Source of the DNA: a virus
Reading direction: 5' to 3' (one strand)
Virus record (IMG/VR): IMGVR_UViG_3300043570_002257
Span: 56,227-120,226 of that record
Length of the DNA stretch: 64,000 bases
Shown piece by piece: positions 40,301-47,710 of this stretch; within the stretch, counting starts at the first letter, position 1; each line of letters opens with the position of its first letter. The position numbers and the translations under genes were made by a program. The notes beneath the pieces are model-generated. The model was not told the DNA's origin. It made no database searches and saw nothing but the letters and a program-made list of their open reading frames with translations.

Positions 40301-42735
40301 ATAAATCCAGGAAACATTGTTGTTCTGCTTTCTAACTTATCAACAACACTTGTAATTAACATTTCAGCAAAAGTTTCTTGAGATTGTTCAATTGCTTTTG
40401 CAAGTTTTTTAATCACAGGTAACGCAGTTTCATTTTGACTTAATGTCTCTACTGCGTCATAGAATGTTTCTAAGTCTTTTGGATTACTTAAATCTAAATT
40501 CTTTAATGCAGGATATGCTTCCTTAACTTCTTTTGTAAGTTGACCATTACCTTTAAATGAATCTGCTAACGTATGAATTTTCTTTTCATCAATTGGAAAA
40601 TTAAATTGTTGCTTGTTTTGAGAATCATTAATAAATTTATAGTCATTTGATGCTTCATTACCTGTTGCTCTTATTTCAACTTGCAATGTTCCTTTGTTTA
40701 CATCTTTATTTGATAGTGCAAGATTAACATAAAAAGGTGCTTGTTTTTGATTTTGCCCTTGGTATGTTTTATTGTTATTTTTTACTTTAAATGTGTAATT
40801 GTTTTTACCATATTCATTTGTAGTAAGCAATGCTCTATTATTAAGAAGAGTATTAGATAGGTCAATTACAAATTTGGCAAATTCTACTTTACTTTCCATT
40901 TGAGAAGTAAGTGGATTGATTGTCATGTAATTAATTTTACCTGCATCTTTAAATGTAAGTATAATGTTGTTTTGATTACCATGTTCTGGTTTTACAACAC
41001 TTCCTAACACTTTATCTTCAAAGACACCTATTACTTGTTCTGCGTAAGATTGTTGAGTATGTTGTTTACCCTCAGCATCAAGTATTCTTTGGTTACTATT
41101 AAGTACTGATCTTAATACATATGTATCACCAACTTTGTTATAAATAAAAGGAATGTCAATTGTTTCTGTTTTAGTAACCTCAGTTCCATTAATAACTGTT
41201 ACAACTTGTAACGTTTTAACTAATGCTGGATTTGTTACAATAGCATCTTTAAGTCTTCTGCTTGTTCTAATGTTTGATCTTTTACCTGATGCGTCATATG
41301 AGTCAAAAAACTCACTTGTAACATCAACAGATGTAGCACCAGCTTCATACTGATTAGTTAATTGTTCTGACAGTTTTGTTTTAAAAGCATTGTACAAATT
41401 GCTTGATTCTGCAATCTTTGCAATATCACTATCACTTAATGATTCATTTCCCTGTTTTGTATTTTTAACAGCTAATGCTTTTATAAGATCTTGATGTTCT
41501 GGTTTAGAAAAATCAACTCTTTCAGTGCTGTTATCGCTATTTACAAATACAAAGTTATCACTACTATATAAGTAGAATTTTTCACCAGTACCAATTATTT
41601 CTCCTACAAGAACAAATTGTTGTTCACTAGACTTAGGTCTAGATACTGTCATTACTTTCTTATTAGGTGAAGATTTTAATGCTGCTGTTTGTGTTGCATT
41701 TTCAAATGTTTCATGTTGTCTTTTTTCTAATCCAGCATATTTTACATTTTCACCAGCCACTTCTTGAATACGTTGTACTCTTCTATCAGCAACATTACTT
41801 AATTTTACAGCATGGATTTTTATACCAGCTTGTGTATTCTTCATGTTTGATAACTTCTTTTCAAGTTCAAACTGATCAGCTGAATCAACAGCTTTTATAG
41901 AAAAACTTGAAAGCAATGTGTGTTGTTGAAATACTTGTTCACCTGCATTACTCTTTGAGTTATCTGCAACACGTGCATCTTTTGCAGAAAGTATTTCTGT
42001 TAATGGAATGATTGTTAATGTTCCATCATCATTTATACGTTTAAATTGTTCATCTTCTCTTAAAGCTTCTACCATTTGACCATTAGTCAATGTTACCAAA
42101 ACATTGTTTAAGTCAGCAAGAGCTGCAATTTCAGACAATGAAACAAATGAAGATGTCATTCTTAAAGAATCTAAAGAATGAAGCACCTGTTTAATAAGAA
42201 AATCTTTGTGAACTTGATCAGTAGTATGATCGTTTATTGTATCTGTTATTACTTTTTGAAAATCATCAATCAAACTTTCTCTTTCATCATTTGTAGGAAA
42301 AGAAGTTATACTAAAGTAATTGTTTATTGCAGTCAAAATTCCTTCTTGAGAAATCAAATCTAGACGAGTTATGTTCTTTTTAGTTGAAAGAGCATCAATA
42401 GCTTTGTTGATTGATTCTACCTTTAACTTAGAAGGTTTCTTTAACCCAAACATTACACTCACTTCTGAGACATAATTAGAAACATCATCCATAAATGACA
42501 CAGCACCCATAACATTTTCAGCGTTACCAGCATTGTAAAATTTACTATCAATTCCTGACAATCCCTTATAGATGTATGCCATGTTATGTACAGACAACAT
42601 CTTTTGTTCAGGTGTAAGTGAACTGTTCAATATAAACTTTGCAGCATTGTCAAAGTTATTATATACTGAAGGATCTAACTTTATTAAATTAAGTACAACT
42701 GAGTTGTACTTGTCAGTTTGTATTTGACACGCCAT
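31387..42735 (-). CDS. Virion-packaged single-polypeptide RNA polymerase (crAss/phi14:2 gp66-like) fused to a zincin domain, 3782 aa
   Basis: Catalytic GSDFDVD at 34750-34770 preceded by RIPTEDKRSM; HEAFH at 39745-39759 with downstream EEILAD. Confidence 0.85.
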   Translation of the reverse strand: MACQIQTDKYNSVVLNLIKLDPSVYNNFDNAAKFILNSSLTPEQKMLSVHNMAYIYKGLSGIDSKFYNAGNAENVMGAVSFMDDVSNYVSEVSVMFGLKKPSKLKVESINKAIDALSTKKNITRLDLISQEGILTAINNYFSITSFPTNDERESLIDDFQKVITDTINDHTTDQVHKDFLIKQVLHSLDSLRMTSSFVSLSEIAALADLNNVLVTLTNGQMVEALREDEQFKRINDDGTLTIIPLTEILSAKDARVADNSKSNAGEQVFQQHTLLSSFSIKAVDSADQFELEKKLSNMKNTQAGIKIHAVKLSNVADRRVQRIQEVAGENVKYAGLEKRQHETFENATQTAALKSSPNKKVMTVSRPKSSEQQFVLVGEIIGTGEKFYLYSSDNFVFVNSDNSTERVDFSKPEHQDLIKALAVKNTKQGNESLSDSDIAKIAESSNLYNAFKTKLSEQLTNQYEAGATSVDVTSEFFDSYDASGKRSNIRTSRRLKDAIVTNPALVKTLQVVTVINGTEVTKTETIDIPFIYNKVGDTYVLRSVLNSNQRILDAEGKQHTQQSYAEQVIGVFEDKVLGSVVKPEHGNQNNIILTFKDAGKINYMTINPLTSQMESKVEFAKFVIDLSNTLLNNRALLTTNEYGKNNYTFKVKNNNKTYQGQNQKQAPFYVNLALSNKDVNKGTLQVEIRATGNEASNDYKFINDSQNKQQFNFPIDEKKIHTLADSFKGNGQLTKEVKEAYPALKNLDLSNPKDLETFYDAVETLSQNETALPVIKKLAKAIEQSQETFAEMLITSVVDKLESRTTMFPGFMDNLKRDFTTNGVFRPEWIVADTTSDGLLIPRIKSSLTKNSDKYYKNTFNMKIVEADYKRFTIVPKAIAPAIVQEQVLAPITVAEKIHEKEDVKVTQIESSDLPDIEVFSLTEDANVTVETDEERLSSVEWLRQNLPQFGIDNVALEELISLMQFNGTVLGAFKDKVIYLNDALKGKGVVYHEAFHGVFRHLLNAEERNNLIDAVTGVKKNASQFTEAALKEFARQRNYSFTLDVLKRLKAEEILADGFQNYMLNNTKPKGIIGQLMALLKKLLEMFSKNSSYIDNVYGKIKTGQYKNEVISSGMFEGQFAYKLIDGIRQVSTTSTGMVGESTSTLSRADQDQLVNMLAGYMLEDGQKESFTTKFDRIAKYVLDYEYNLDVLLALPDNAKMIASDPGLKDRILSTMGPLYTNYRFMLGARVNGEKLFDINTTGNPAYDGRVSSKNMIIVPGEEPKDNSLGKVSYEMLRDLVKEKVDSINSILDSNEKSADNDVMQKEMSGANENVISDDDAELDSETSESVDYDSSFNEINAESLPRMIRKYLTIVRYDQVHPQLGIKVPRMIPGEQIFSSLLQTSADIEPSNIIEHIKITGEGQIEDGFYVMGNDILAIYNKLSRETGMESDGVPTKNKQLYNMVVDVLHKTAVDYVMIKPKTVVEEIDPQSNETNLSTTGFTIIDQVFKQDVDNKKKDFLTSIIKTYKENKNNKEYLSQVKELVKLSKKMTSPFILTEVSTQNTQLERLTNELYEAFNNVGLKFPKSLIRMSIMAIDQTDNKVDLNVTGKAKSHYDAHSRFVSEKKYLERDFFFSVNDIFDKIVQGISTNDFAVELDNNNSKDKSINRFNTIIKKASEYIVKYDLSNILPTVRNAEGKPIYRYVSNTPVTLLFQSIRSKGLLATLEDDPFYKDFLKDFFFDNAALTDLLNNKDTPRARETKLLLDNLNVALFGGVSQTVGTKIKDGKSFKNIDKKSLYITQYLAFIKRTTHSSFKKEADSEGNVSDVVTNIQTYQRSFSQLEASQTNYLVTGLYKPFANAKGKVLNSDKRLKIVDTFEDVIKQEYKRIAKEWARSEQNKKDFDSGKQAPILNNYNGVLDNEDKSKVNTELKDLRAYKFNKLADFFTENPEIESNVDKNGLADFAKQGVTYNELDPAIKEALLNSLNNYAQTQLDKHLKNLVDLKVLTKKTIVRHYSSGKLEIDARTGEPKAPITYYDSAFIPTKIVVNNVPETLLSNAYQPTEETYSASKDKIQNANLEGLATDFFFNNWMNALYFNEIIDGDIAMNIKDSTDYFKRNKKLLAAGSTMKEGYHRVAYLNTIKGFISDNHPEYGPYYSKQAIINDTTIKSSEIKEQLLSEFGSKKTMRDIFDGQSITTLMHQIDMHDSMGRLSSDILYSLIAKHYRTLSETEIRMMEAGKVVNNPKKTITASRNSYHKQSENLIDRLDVSIIVPKSNQSLTQAQDTLHGLYMNLYSLRAERQELVKAKEINQIESLDTVIKKTVEDIHEYFRPLPHRKVLHDLLNSMEYHQIDQLMDTTASKNATRLPLDYFSAAEKINETDGYLNLALSSMDIDNKYKFLQVETSGVKDKAKFSVQSKMLIAADVINLNELIKAKGIKMSASEEKALNKITETLVEYQSSLKKIGQSNLATLKTILRKDGDFQVGKIFELISASLEEQGANTATLKLFDLDASGKPVHSANLPGIRNMLEYYFFSQYSKHVTDEKGSGTKSIHISSWGMNVLADENNEVVSTENYKNNPEGYGLLKERPLGVSIEIDKKTGVKTYFIEAIMPKPLFKSKEHEAFYMKNLLKMFGVRIPTEDKRSMVAIKVVDFMDSSNLNGIILPHLVHLLAGSDFDVDALYSQTFAHYFDLSGNPKLYGEYEGGQNTNLNKFAEFVQYMSKDQDMRPLIKKEIKKLLNETSYDVSENVLDVLYHSGFDESDFNGAMNFSELKESYESNKSDIKELMDIRDEAREEFVDAIKRNEINPSDRSALDDRRALGKEVGEYNEELVEKRGQKNEYGRQVSRANRFIDGGLKATAILNVFSKMGLPASAQAFEANPNYALSVRPIFQNLNLQSKLDIMSNEVVYKYLYVNERSSIERFEQIVDNFGLNLDEYSTMYNMYTPDAVIASKVDTSMFKDGIGIAANTNKFVALASQYGLGLKSENVIWSFKNADLEQVYLNKFGTINADNERVIAVVGNILGMFADGAKKPIPAVLQMNEVNTGITLAMIGVGLSPEFAIAFNFIPEIRKAVQEVQAGKYAITESLSTSYTYLGKEIGNQIKDIATSNKDALSNLIKAGLIDPSSNPYKIILNKEKLVVDFKAGKLNTKSILENTLRADEIGFEVSAMIDITDKATDLEETTNRIQFTDAEQKIILLQLYKDQANQTYSIRKAGSMIDLFKKLNPSFTNFDRLFENIKTLRGEESIFTPESVEKIFDENQVWPELFEALEDLNEQASKLFLERTQFFAPIKKAFDSVFVDKANIAKVITSYVALKQYQKNMPGSRKTGTSMDALIEQDDKNLVDTFTPEYWFTNTLPEQLEEFQKKYSNNKFLQLLRPDISENKAFLTSGGYVNERSIKMINKSKISGNLSDEISDDASFLLRNENMFTKKLFYHELAKTGLQYKAGSFLQYLDPGMMIPLSNYIDSFISKLEETKGDKNKLIDVIKDLIGKEATDKDVYEFFDQLFLQMAYAATKEVGNSNIKIATGFSSSLMSNIMKSFNFDAEQSETSRRNILNNVLNRFSGQELKNAKTFRLLSEENQKPVEEIIFNMDVPKDIKEATKETMDEIGKKVSITFDKFTNKYNFPLIISVGFKKYLLNGVDSEIENNSFGKSVINSIVGKGEYVNQGYTAKYTLIPDQLTTGSLSSIGFTKEAAKTYMDYVSGKKKLEYIAPEIKKSEETVAMLPESTVKQTVSKSQLEIDMENLELTDSVVNALYNESSKRMSIEEFKTAAQGVIVNLRAVMSNEQILEKIKCL

Positions 42736-42763
42736 ACTTTTATATTCTTTGATTTTACCAAGA

Positions 42764-45700
42764 TTAAGAGAAACAGTCAGTTATCTTCCTCAATTCATTT
42801 AAAATTGATTCTTCTGTAACAATTCCTCCCTCTACAAATTTACTACTTTTTTCTGATATTTGCTGCATTTCAGGGTTGCTAATTACACTAGGACGCTTTA
42901 CCAAAACTGGTAAATTAAACCTTGCTGTCATAGCAGCACCTGCTGAACCATGTCTTACAATTGGTTCAGTTACACCCATTTGCTTTAAATACTTTTCAAT
43001 TACTTCTTTTGCTTTATTAAAGTCTTGTTGATTTCTTATAGGTAAGTTATCAAATTCCTCTTTTTCCTTTTCAGTAACTGTTATTCCAAGTTCATTAACT
43101 AATGCTGAACCATTTATGGATACAGTAGTTGTAACAATTTCATTGTTTTGATCTCTAAGTAGCTCATAACCATTCTTTAATTGGTTTACAAACCATCTAA
43201 GTCCATCTGTAGACACACTAATGTCTTCTGAATACTCATGATAAACAGGCATCATTGATTGTAAACCAATTGCCATTTCTTTTATTTTAGCTTTATTGTT
43301 ACCTAAAGAATTTAATTTTGAAGTAAACCTTTCAGTAGGTTTATCATTCTCATAGACTCTCATGTACCCTAGATACTCATTTTCATTTTGAGCTGCAAAA
43401 TATATGTCAATTGTTTCTGTATCAATATTTTTGTATCCTACATAAACAACACCATTTTTTTCAATTATGATGTCTCTCATGTAAGCACCTTCTAACTTGC
43501 CAAAAGCTTTACCATTTTCTTCTGGTGGTGTTAAAGGAAACATGTCATCAGCAAACTCGCTAACTGTTTGATTTTTAACAACTTCAGGTTTTAATGATTG
43601 TTGAATTTGATTATGTAATGTTTGTAAACCTTCAAGAGTTAAACTTGCAGAAGTTGAAGGTGTTTCTGTTGTATCAAATAGTGGTAATTGTAAAGCACTA
43701 CTTGGTTCAATGATAACTGGTTTTTGAGCAACTGCTTCTAAAGGCTTTCCTAAGACAATAGATTTGCTAAGTCTAGTTAAAAACTTTTTACCTTCTGGTA
43801 TTTTATTGAACTCTTCTAAAGTTTTAATCTCAGTATTGTTTCTTCTATTATATCTATCTAATGCCTTCTCACCACGCTCACTCATCATTTTTATCTTATC
43901 AGATGCGTCTTCAACATTATCCAACATAGGAGCAATGTATTCTTTTGCAAATTCAAGATTTGTTTTAGTAGCATTTAAACTTGCAGATAACTCTTCAGCT
44001 TTTTCTTGAGACTCAATTTTGTCATCTGTTACAGTATTGTTATTTTTATCAACAACATCAAATCCTGATTCTGAATTACCAGTTACACTAAACTCATCTG
44101 TAGAAGGAAGATTAGTTTGAGAATACATCTGTTGTAACTCTTCTTCTGTCATTGGTGTTTCTTCAACAGGAGTTTCAATAATAGGTACAACTGGTGTAAA
44201 TGTATCTTCTTCAGTATCTACAGGAATAACTTCCTCAGCTTGATCTCCTGCGTTAATTGGTGCATTTCCCAAACCTTCTGTTCCAGGACCAACTGGTGTT
44301 TCTACAACAGGTTCTTCAGTCATTGGAGTTTCAATTTCAACTTCAGTTTCTTCTTTAACTCCTGTTGTTTTTTCAACAACTCTTTTAACTTCTTCTTTTA
44401 TAAAAGCTTGAATTTCAGTTATAAGTTTTTGACCATATTCTTTATTTTCAACACCAGCATCCTTATTAGAAATAAGTGTTAAAAGATTTGTATAGGATTC
44501 ATAGTTCAACAAGGAAGTAGCAAATTCTTCAACTGCTACTTGAATTTGTTCTTCACTAAAAATCATAGCATATTCATTCTGAGCTGATAATAATCTTTGT
44601 TCAAGACTTTTTTCACCCATCATCATTGATACATTAAGAAACAATGATAATTGTTGTTTGAACTTACCATCTAGCATTCTTGCTACAGTTCTTTTATAAT
44701 TTTCTGGATTTAATAATTGATCAACTGATCTCATGTAGTCAGCTGTATCTTTATCTAATCTCATGTAATCATACACTTTTCCAAAAGAATCTCTTAATGT
44801 TTGTTCAGAAATTTCAACATCAGAACCAGCTTGTTGATTTCTTATATTCATTAAGTTCCTAAAAGTATCTAAAACTTCAGGATGATCTATGCTATATAAA
44901 TCTTGTTCTTCTTCTGACAATACATATTCACCATTCTCATTTACTGTTTCAATTTTACCTCTATATTTTTCTCCAACAAATACAGTTGTTTCATCTTCAG
45001 TGATTACTTCACCTTCTTCATCTACTTGTACTATATCTTTTCTAGTAGCCCAAAAAGTTTTCCATTTTTCAACATTTTGAATTTCTTTTTCTTTTAGCTC
45101 AATTTGTTTTTCAAGTTCCTTTTTAGTTGCTGCATCAATATCTTCTGATTTTAAATTGTTTTGTAAATTAGCCAATTCAGAAGCCATAAAATCTAAATCA
45201 ACATTAAGAACCTTTTCATTTGTCAAAGTTCTAATTGCATAGTCAGCAGAATTACTCATACCTGGCATTGCAAGAATATCACTTGCAACTTGTTTTGCAC
45301 GATTAGCTGACATCTCACCTTTAACTGCATTTAATGCAATAATCTGAATTGCTTCATCTTGTACTCTACGCGTGTAACCTTCTATAAATCTTCCTCTAGA
45401 ATTATCTGAAAACGCAAAAGGGTTTGCTAAATTATTCTTAACATGAGATGTAACGTTATCTATTGTGTCAGAATACTTTTTAATATCTTTTGCAACAGCT
45501 TCAGAAAACTCTTGAGCTGTAGCATACTTAGTATCTTCTAATTTATAACCAAATGACTTTTCAAAATCTTCATTTGTCATTTCAACACCCATTCCCTTTA
45601 CAGCATTGTAAAGCATGTCAATTGAATTTGTACGTTTGGCACTTGCAACTGCACTTAGTAAGGCATTGTCTTTACCATTTTCAAATTCATATCTTGAACC

Positions 45701-47689
45701 TTTGGCAGCACCTTGAGCAGTTTGTTGAGCTGCATCTACTTGTGCATTAAAGTTAAAAACCTTTTGTTCAAACTTACCTTCATAAGATTGTTTAAAAAGA
45801 TCATTCATTCTTTTTAAATCTTCATCAAGTTGCTTTTCTGCTTTCTTTAAAGGATTTGCAGCCTCATCAGCTTTATATTGATTATTTATGACAGCTCTAT
45901 TTGCTGCGTCTAAAGAACGCGATGCAACAGCTGTTGGTAGTCTTATGATAGAACCTGTCAAGGCTCCCATCAAAAATGTTTTTAAACCTTGTTTTGTGAA
46001 CTGATCTTCAGCTCCTTTACCAAACGCTTCAGATAAAGAATACTTTGTACCATTCATTTGGCCAGCATAATAATCTCTCCAACCTGCAGCTGTTGTTTCT
46101 TGTAAGTTTTCTTGTAAACCTTCTACAATTTCAAACGCTAATGCGTCTTTTGCAAATGCTTTACCAAATTGATAAAGAGCTTGTTTTTTTCCAAAGTCTT
46201 TTGCAACTTGACCTAAGACACCATAAGTACCAGTTAATCCTTTTTTGTAAAGTTTAGCAGCAGCTGCTTTTCCTTCTACTCTAAGAATTTGTTCTGCCAT
46301 ATCATCAGCAATCATACTTGCAGGAATAAACTTATTAAATAAAGTTCCAAACTGCAATTTGTTTGTTGCTAATAAAATAGCCATGTTAGTATTAAAGTTG
46401 GAAGAACTTGCTTGCATTGAAAGACTTCTCATTTTTTCAAAGTCTTGTGCACTTGGAACTTCTCCATTATTATCAATTTTATACTGCTGAACCATTTTAT
46501 CAAGAGTATCACCATAAGATGTTACTGCTTCAAAACTAGCTTCAGTAGCTGCCATGTTCATCTCTTGACCAACACGTCTTAATCCTTGTAAACTTAATCC
46601 TAGTACTTGACCTGCGCTTGCACCACCTTTTGTGGCAGCTGCAACTCTTTCACCATATCTAATACCAGTTCCAAGTAATGGCGTACCCTTTAAAAGGTTT
46701 TCACCAAATTCAGAAAAAGATTTAGACTTTAATGTTTTAAGCCAACTATAATTAAATGCTTCAAAAGTTTGAGCCATTGTTGATCTTAATGGAGCAGCAC
46801 CAGCTGATGCTATTTTGCCTGCCTCATCTATCTTATTTAATACTCTAAGTTCATCTACACTTTTTGCTCCTAGTTTACCAAAACCTTCTAGAACATCTTT
46901 ACCAAAAACTCTAGCACCACCTAAAAATCCTTCTTTTGCAGTTTGTCGTGCTGCAACACGTGCTGCTTGACCTGCAGCAGTAAGAGCAAATGTTTCAGCT
47001 CCTGCTCCACCAGTCAATGCTGTAATAGCAATGTCAGCAGCAATTTCAATACCAAGTCCTGCAAAAGTTCCTAATGCAAAACCAGCATTACCAACAAACT
47101 CAGACATTGTTCTTTTAGAAAAAATACTATCTTCATTCTCAGGTTGTTCAAACACAAAGTTTTTCTTCATGTCTATCTGATCCTTATAATATGTTTCCAT
47201 CATTGTTTCCTCATCTGGTCTCATTTTATCCCAGTCCATAGAAAACAATGCATCAGCCATACGTCCATAACCTTTCCAATAATCTTTGAAAGTATTACCA
47301 AACTTATAGCCAAATGAGTCAAAACCTTTATCTAATGCAGAACCCCATGTTTCTTTATCAGCAAATTTTTGATAGTTTGTTGGATCAAATGCATTAAAAT
47401 ATCTACCCTCAAATCCTTTCTGATACATGTATTTATCAGTTAAAGAATCAGGAGCAAACCCCATAGAACTTGGTCCTACAGGTGCAAATGCTTTTTGTGT
47501 TAATGATTGTTGAGGTACTGAAAATATATCTCTTGCACTATTTGCAGTTAATGAATTAAACATTAAACTGAAACTATCATCTTTAGCGTTTTTAGATGGA
47601 TCAACAGGTGCAGATTCCAATGGAGATATTCTATCATCCACAGGTGGTAATGCTTCTTGACTAAAATCAAATGTTATATTCTCTGCCAT
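42764..47689 (-). CDS. Large virion cargo/ejection protein (1641 aa)
   Basis: Ala/Gly-rich hydrophobic N-terminal region, EGLQENLQE motif, E/P-rich linker; position upstream of the RNAP gene. Confidence 0.65.
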   Translation of the reverse strand: MAENITFDFSQEALPPVDDRISPLESAPVDPSKNAKDDSFSLMFNSLTANSARDIFSVPQQSLTQKAFAPVGPSSMGFAPDSLTDKYMYQKGFEGRYFNAFDPTNYQKFADKETWGSALDKGFDSFGYKFGNTFKDYWKGYGRMADALFSMDWDKMRPDEETMMETYYKDQIDMKKNFVFEQPENEDSIFSKRTMSEFVGNAGFALGTFAGLGIEIAADIAITALTGGAGAETFALTAAGQAARVAARQTAKEGFLGGARVFGKDVLEGFGKLGAKSVDELRVLNKIDEAGKIASAGAAPLRSTMAQTFEAFNYSWLKTLKSKSFSEFGENLLKGTPLLGTGIRYGERVAAATKGGASAGQVLGLSLQGLRRVGQEMNMAATEASFEAVTSYGDTLDKMVQQYKIDNNGEVPSAQDFEKMRSLSMQASSSNFNTNMAILLATNKLQFGTLFNKFIPASMIADDMAEQILRVEGKAAAAKLYKKGLTGTYGVLGQVAKDFGKKQALYQFGKAFAKDALAFEIVEGLQENLQETTAAGWRDYYAGQMNGTKYSLSEAFGKGAEDQFTKQGLKTFLMGALTGSIIRLPTAVASRSLDAANRAVINNQYKADEAANPLKKAEKQLDEDLKRMNDLFKQSYEGKFEQKVFNFNAQVDAAQQTAQGAAKGSRYEFENGKDNALLSAVASAKRTNSIDMLYNAVKGMGVEMTNEDFEKSFGYKLEDTKYATAQEFSEAVAKDIKKYSDTIDNVTSHVKNNLANPFAFSDNSRGRFIEGYTRRVQDEAIQIIALNAVKGEMSANRAKQVASDILAMPGMSNSADYAIRTLTNEKVLNVDLDFMASELANLQNNLKSEDIDAATKKELEKQIELKEKEIQNVEKWKTFWATRKDIVQVDEEGEVITEDETTVFVGEKYRGKIETVNENGEYVLSEEEQDLYSIDHPEVLDTFRNLMNIRNQQAGSDVEISEQTLRDSFGKVYDYMRLDKDTADYMRSVDQLLNPENYKRTVARMLDGKFKQQLSLFLNVSMMMGEKSLEQRLLSAQNEYAMIFSEEQIQVAVEEFATSLLNYESYTNLLTLISNKDAGVENKEYGQKLITEIQAFIKEEVKRVVEKTTGVKEETEVEIETPMTEEPVVETPVGPGTEGLGNAPINAGDQAEEVIPVDTEEDTFTPVVPIIETPVEETPMTEEELQQMYSQTNLPSTDEFSVTGNSESGFDVVDKNNNTVTDDKIESQEKAEELSASLNATKTNLEFAKEYIAPMLDNVEDASDKIKMMSERGEKALDRYNRRNNTEIKTLEEFNKIPEGKKFLTRLSKSIVLGKPLEAVAQKPVIIEPSSALQLPLFDTTETPSTSASLTLEGLQTLHNQIQQSLKPEVVKNQTVSEFADDMFPLTPPEENGKAFGKLEGAYMRDIIIEKNGVVYVGYKNIDTETIDIYFAAQNENEYLGYMRVYENDKPTERFTSKLNSLGNNKAKIKEMAIGLQSMMPVYHEYSEDISVSTDGLRWFVNQLKNGYELLRDQNNEIVTTTVSINGSALVNELGITVTEKEKEEFDNLPIRNQQDFNKAKEVIEKYLKQMGVTEPIVRHGSAGAAMTARFNLPVLVKRPSVISNPEMQQISEKSSKFVEGGIVTEESILNELRKITDCFS

Positions 47690-47710
47690 TATGATGGTTT
47701 CTTAATTTTA

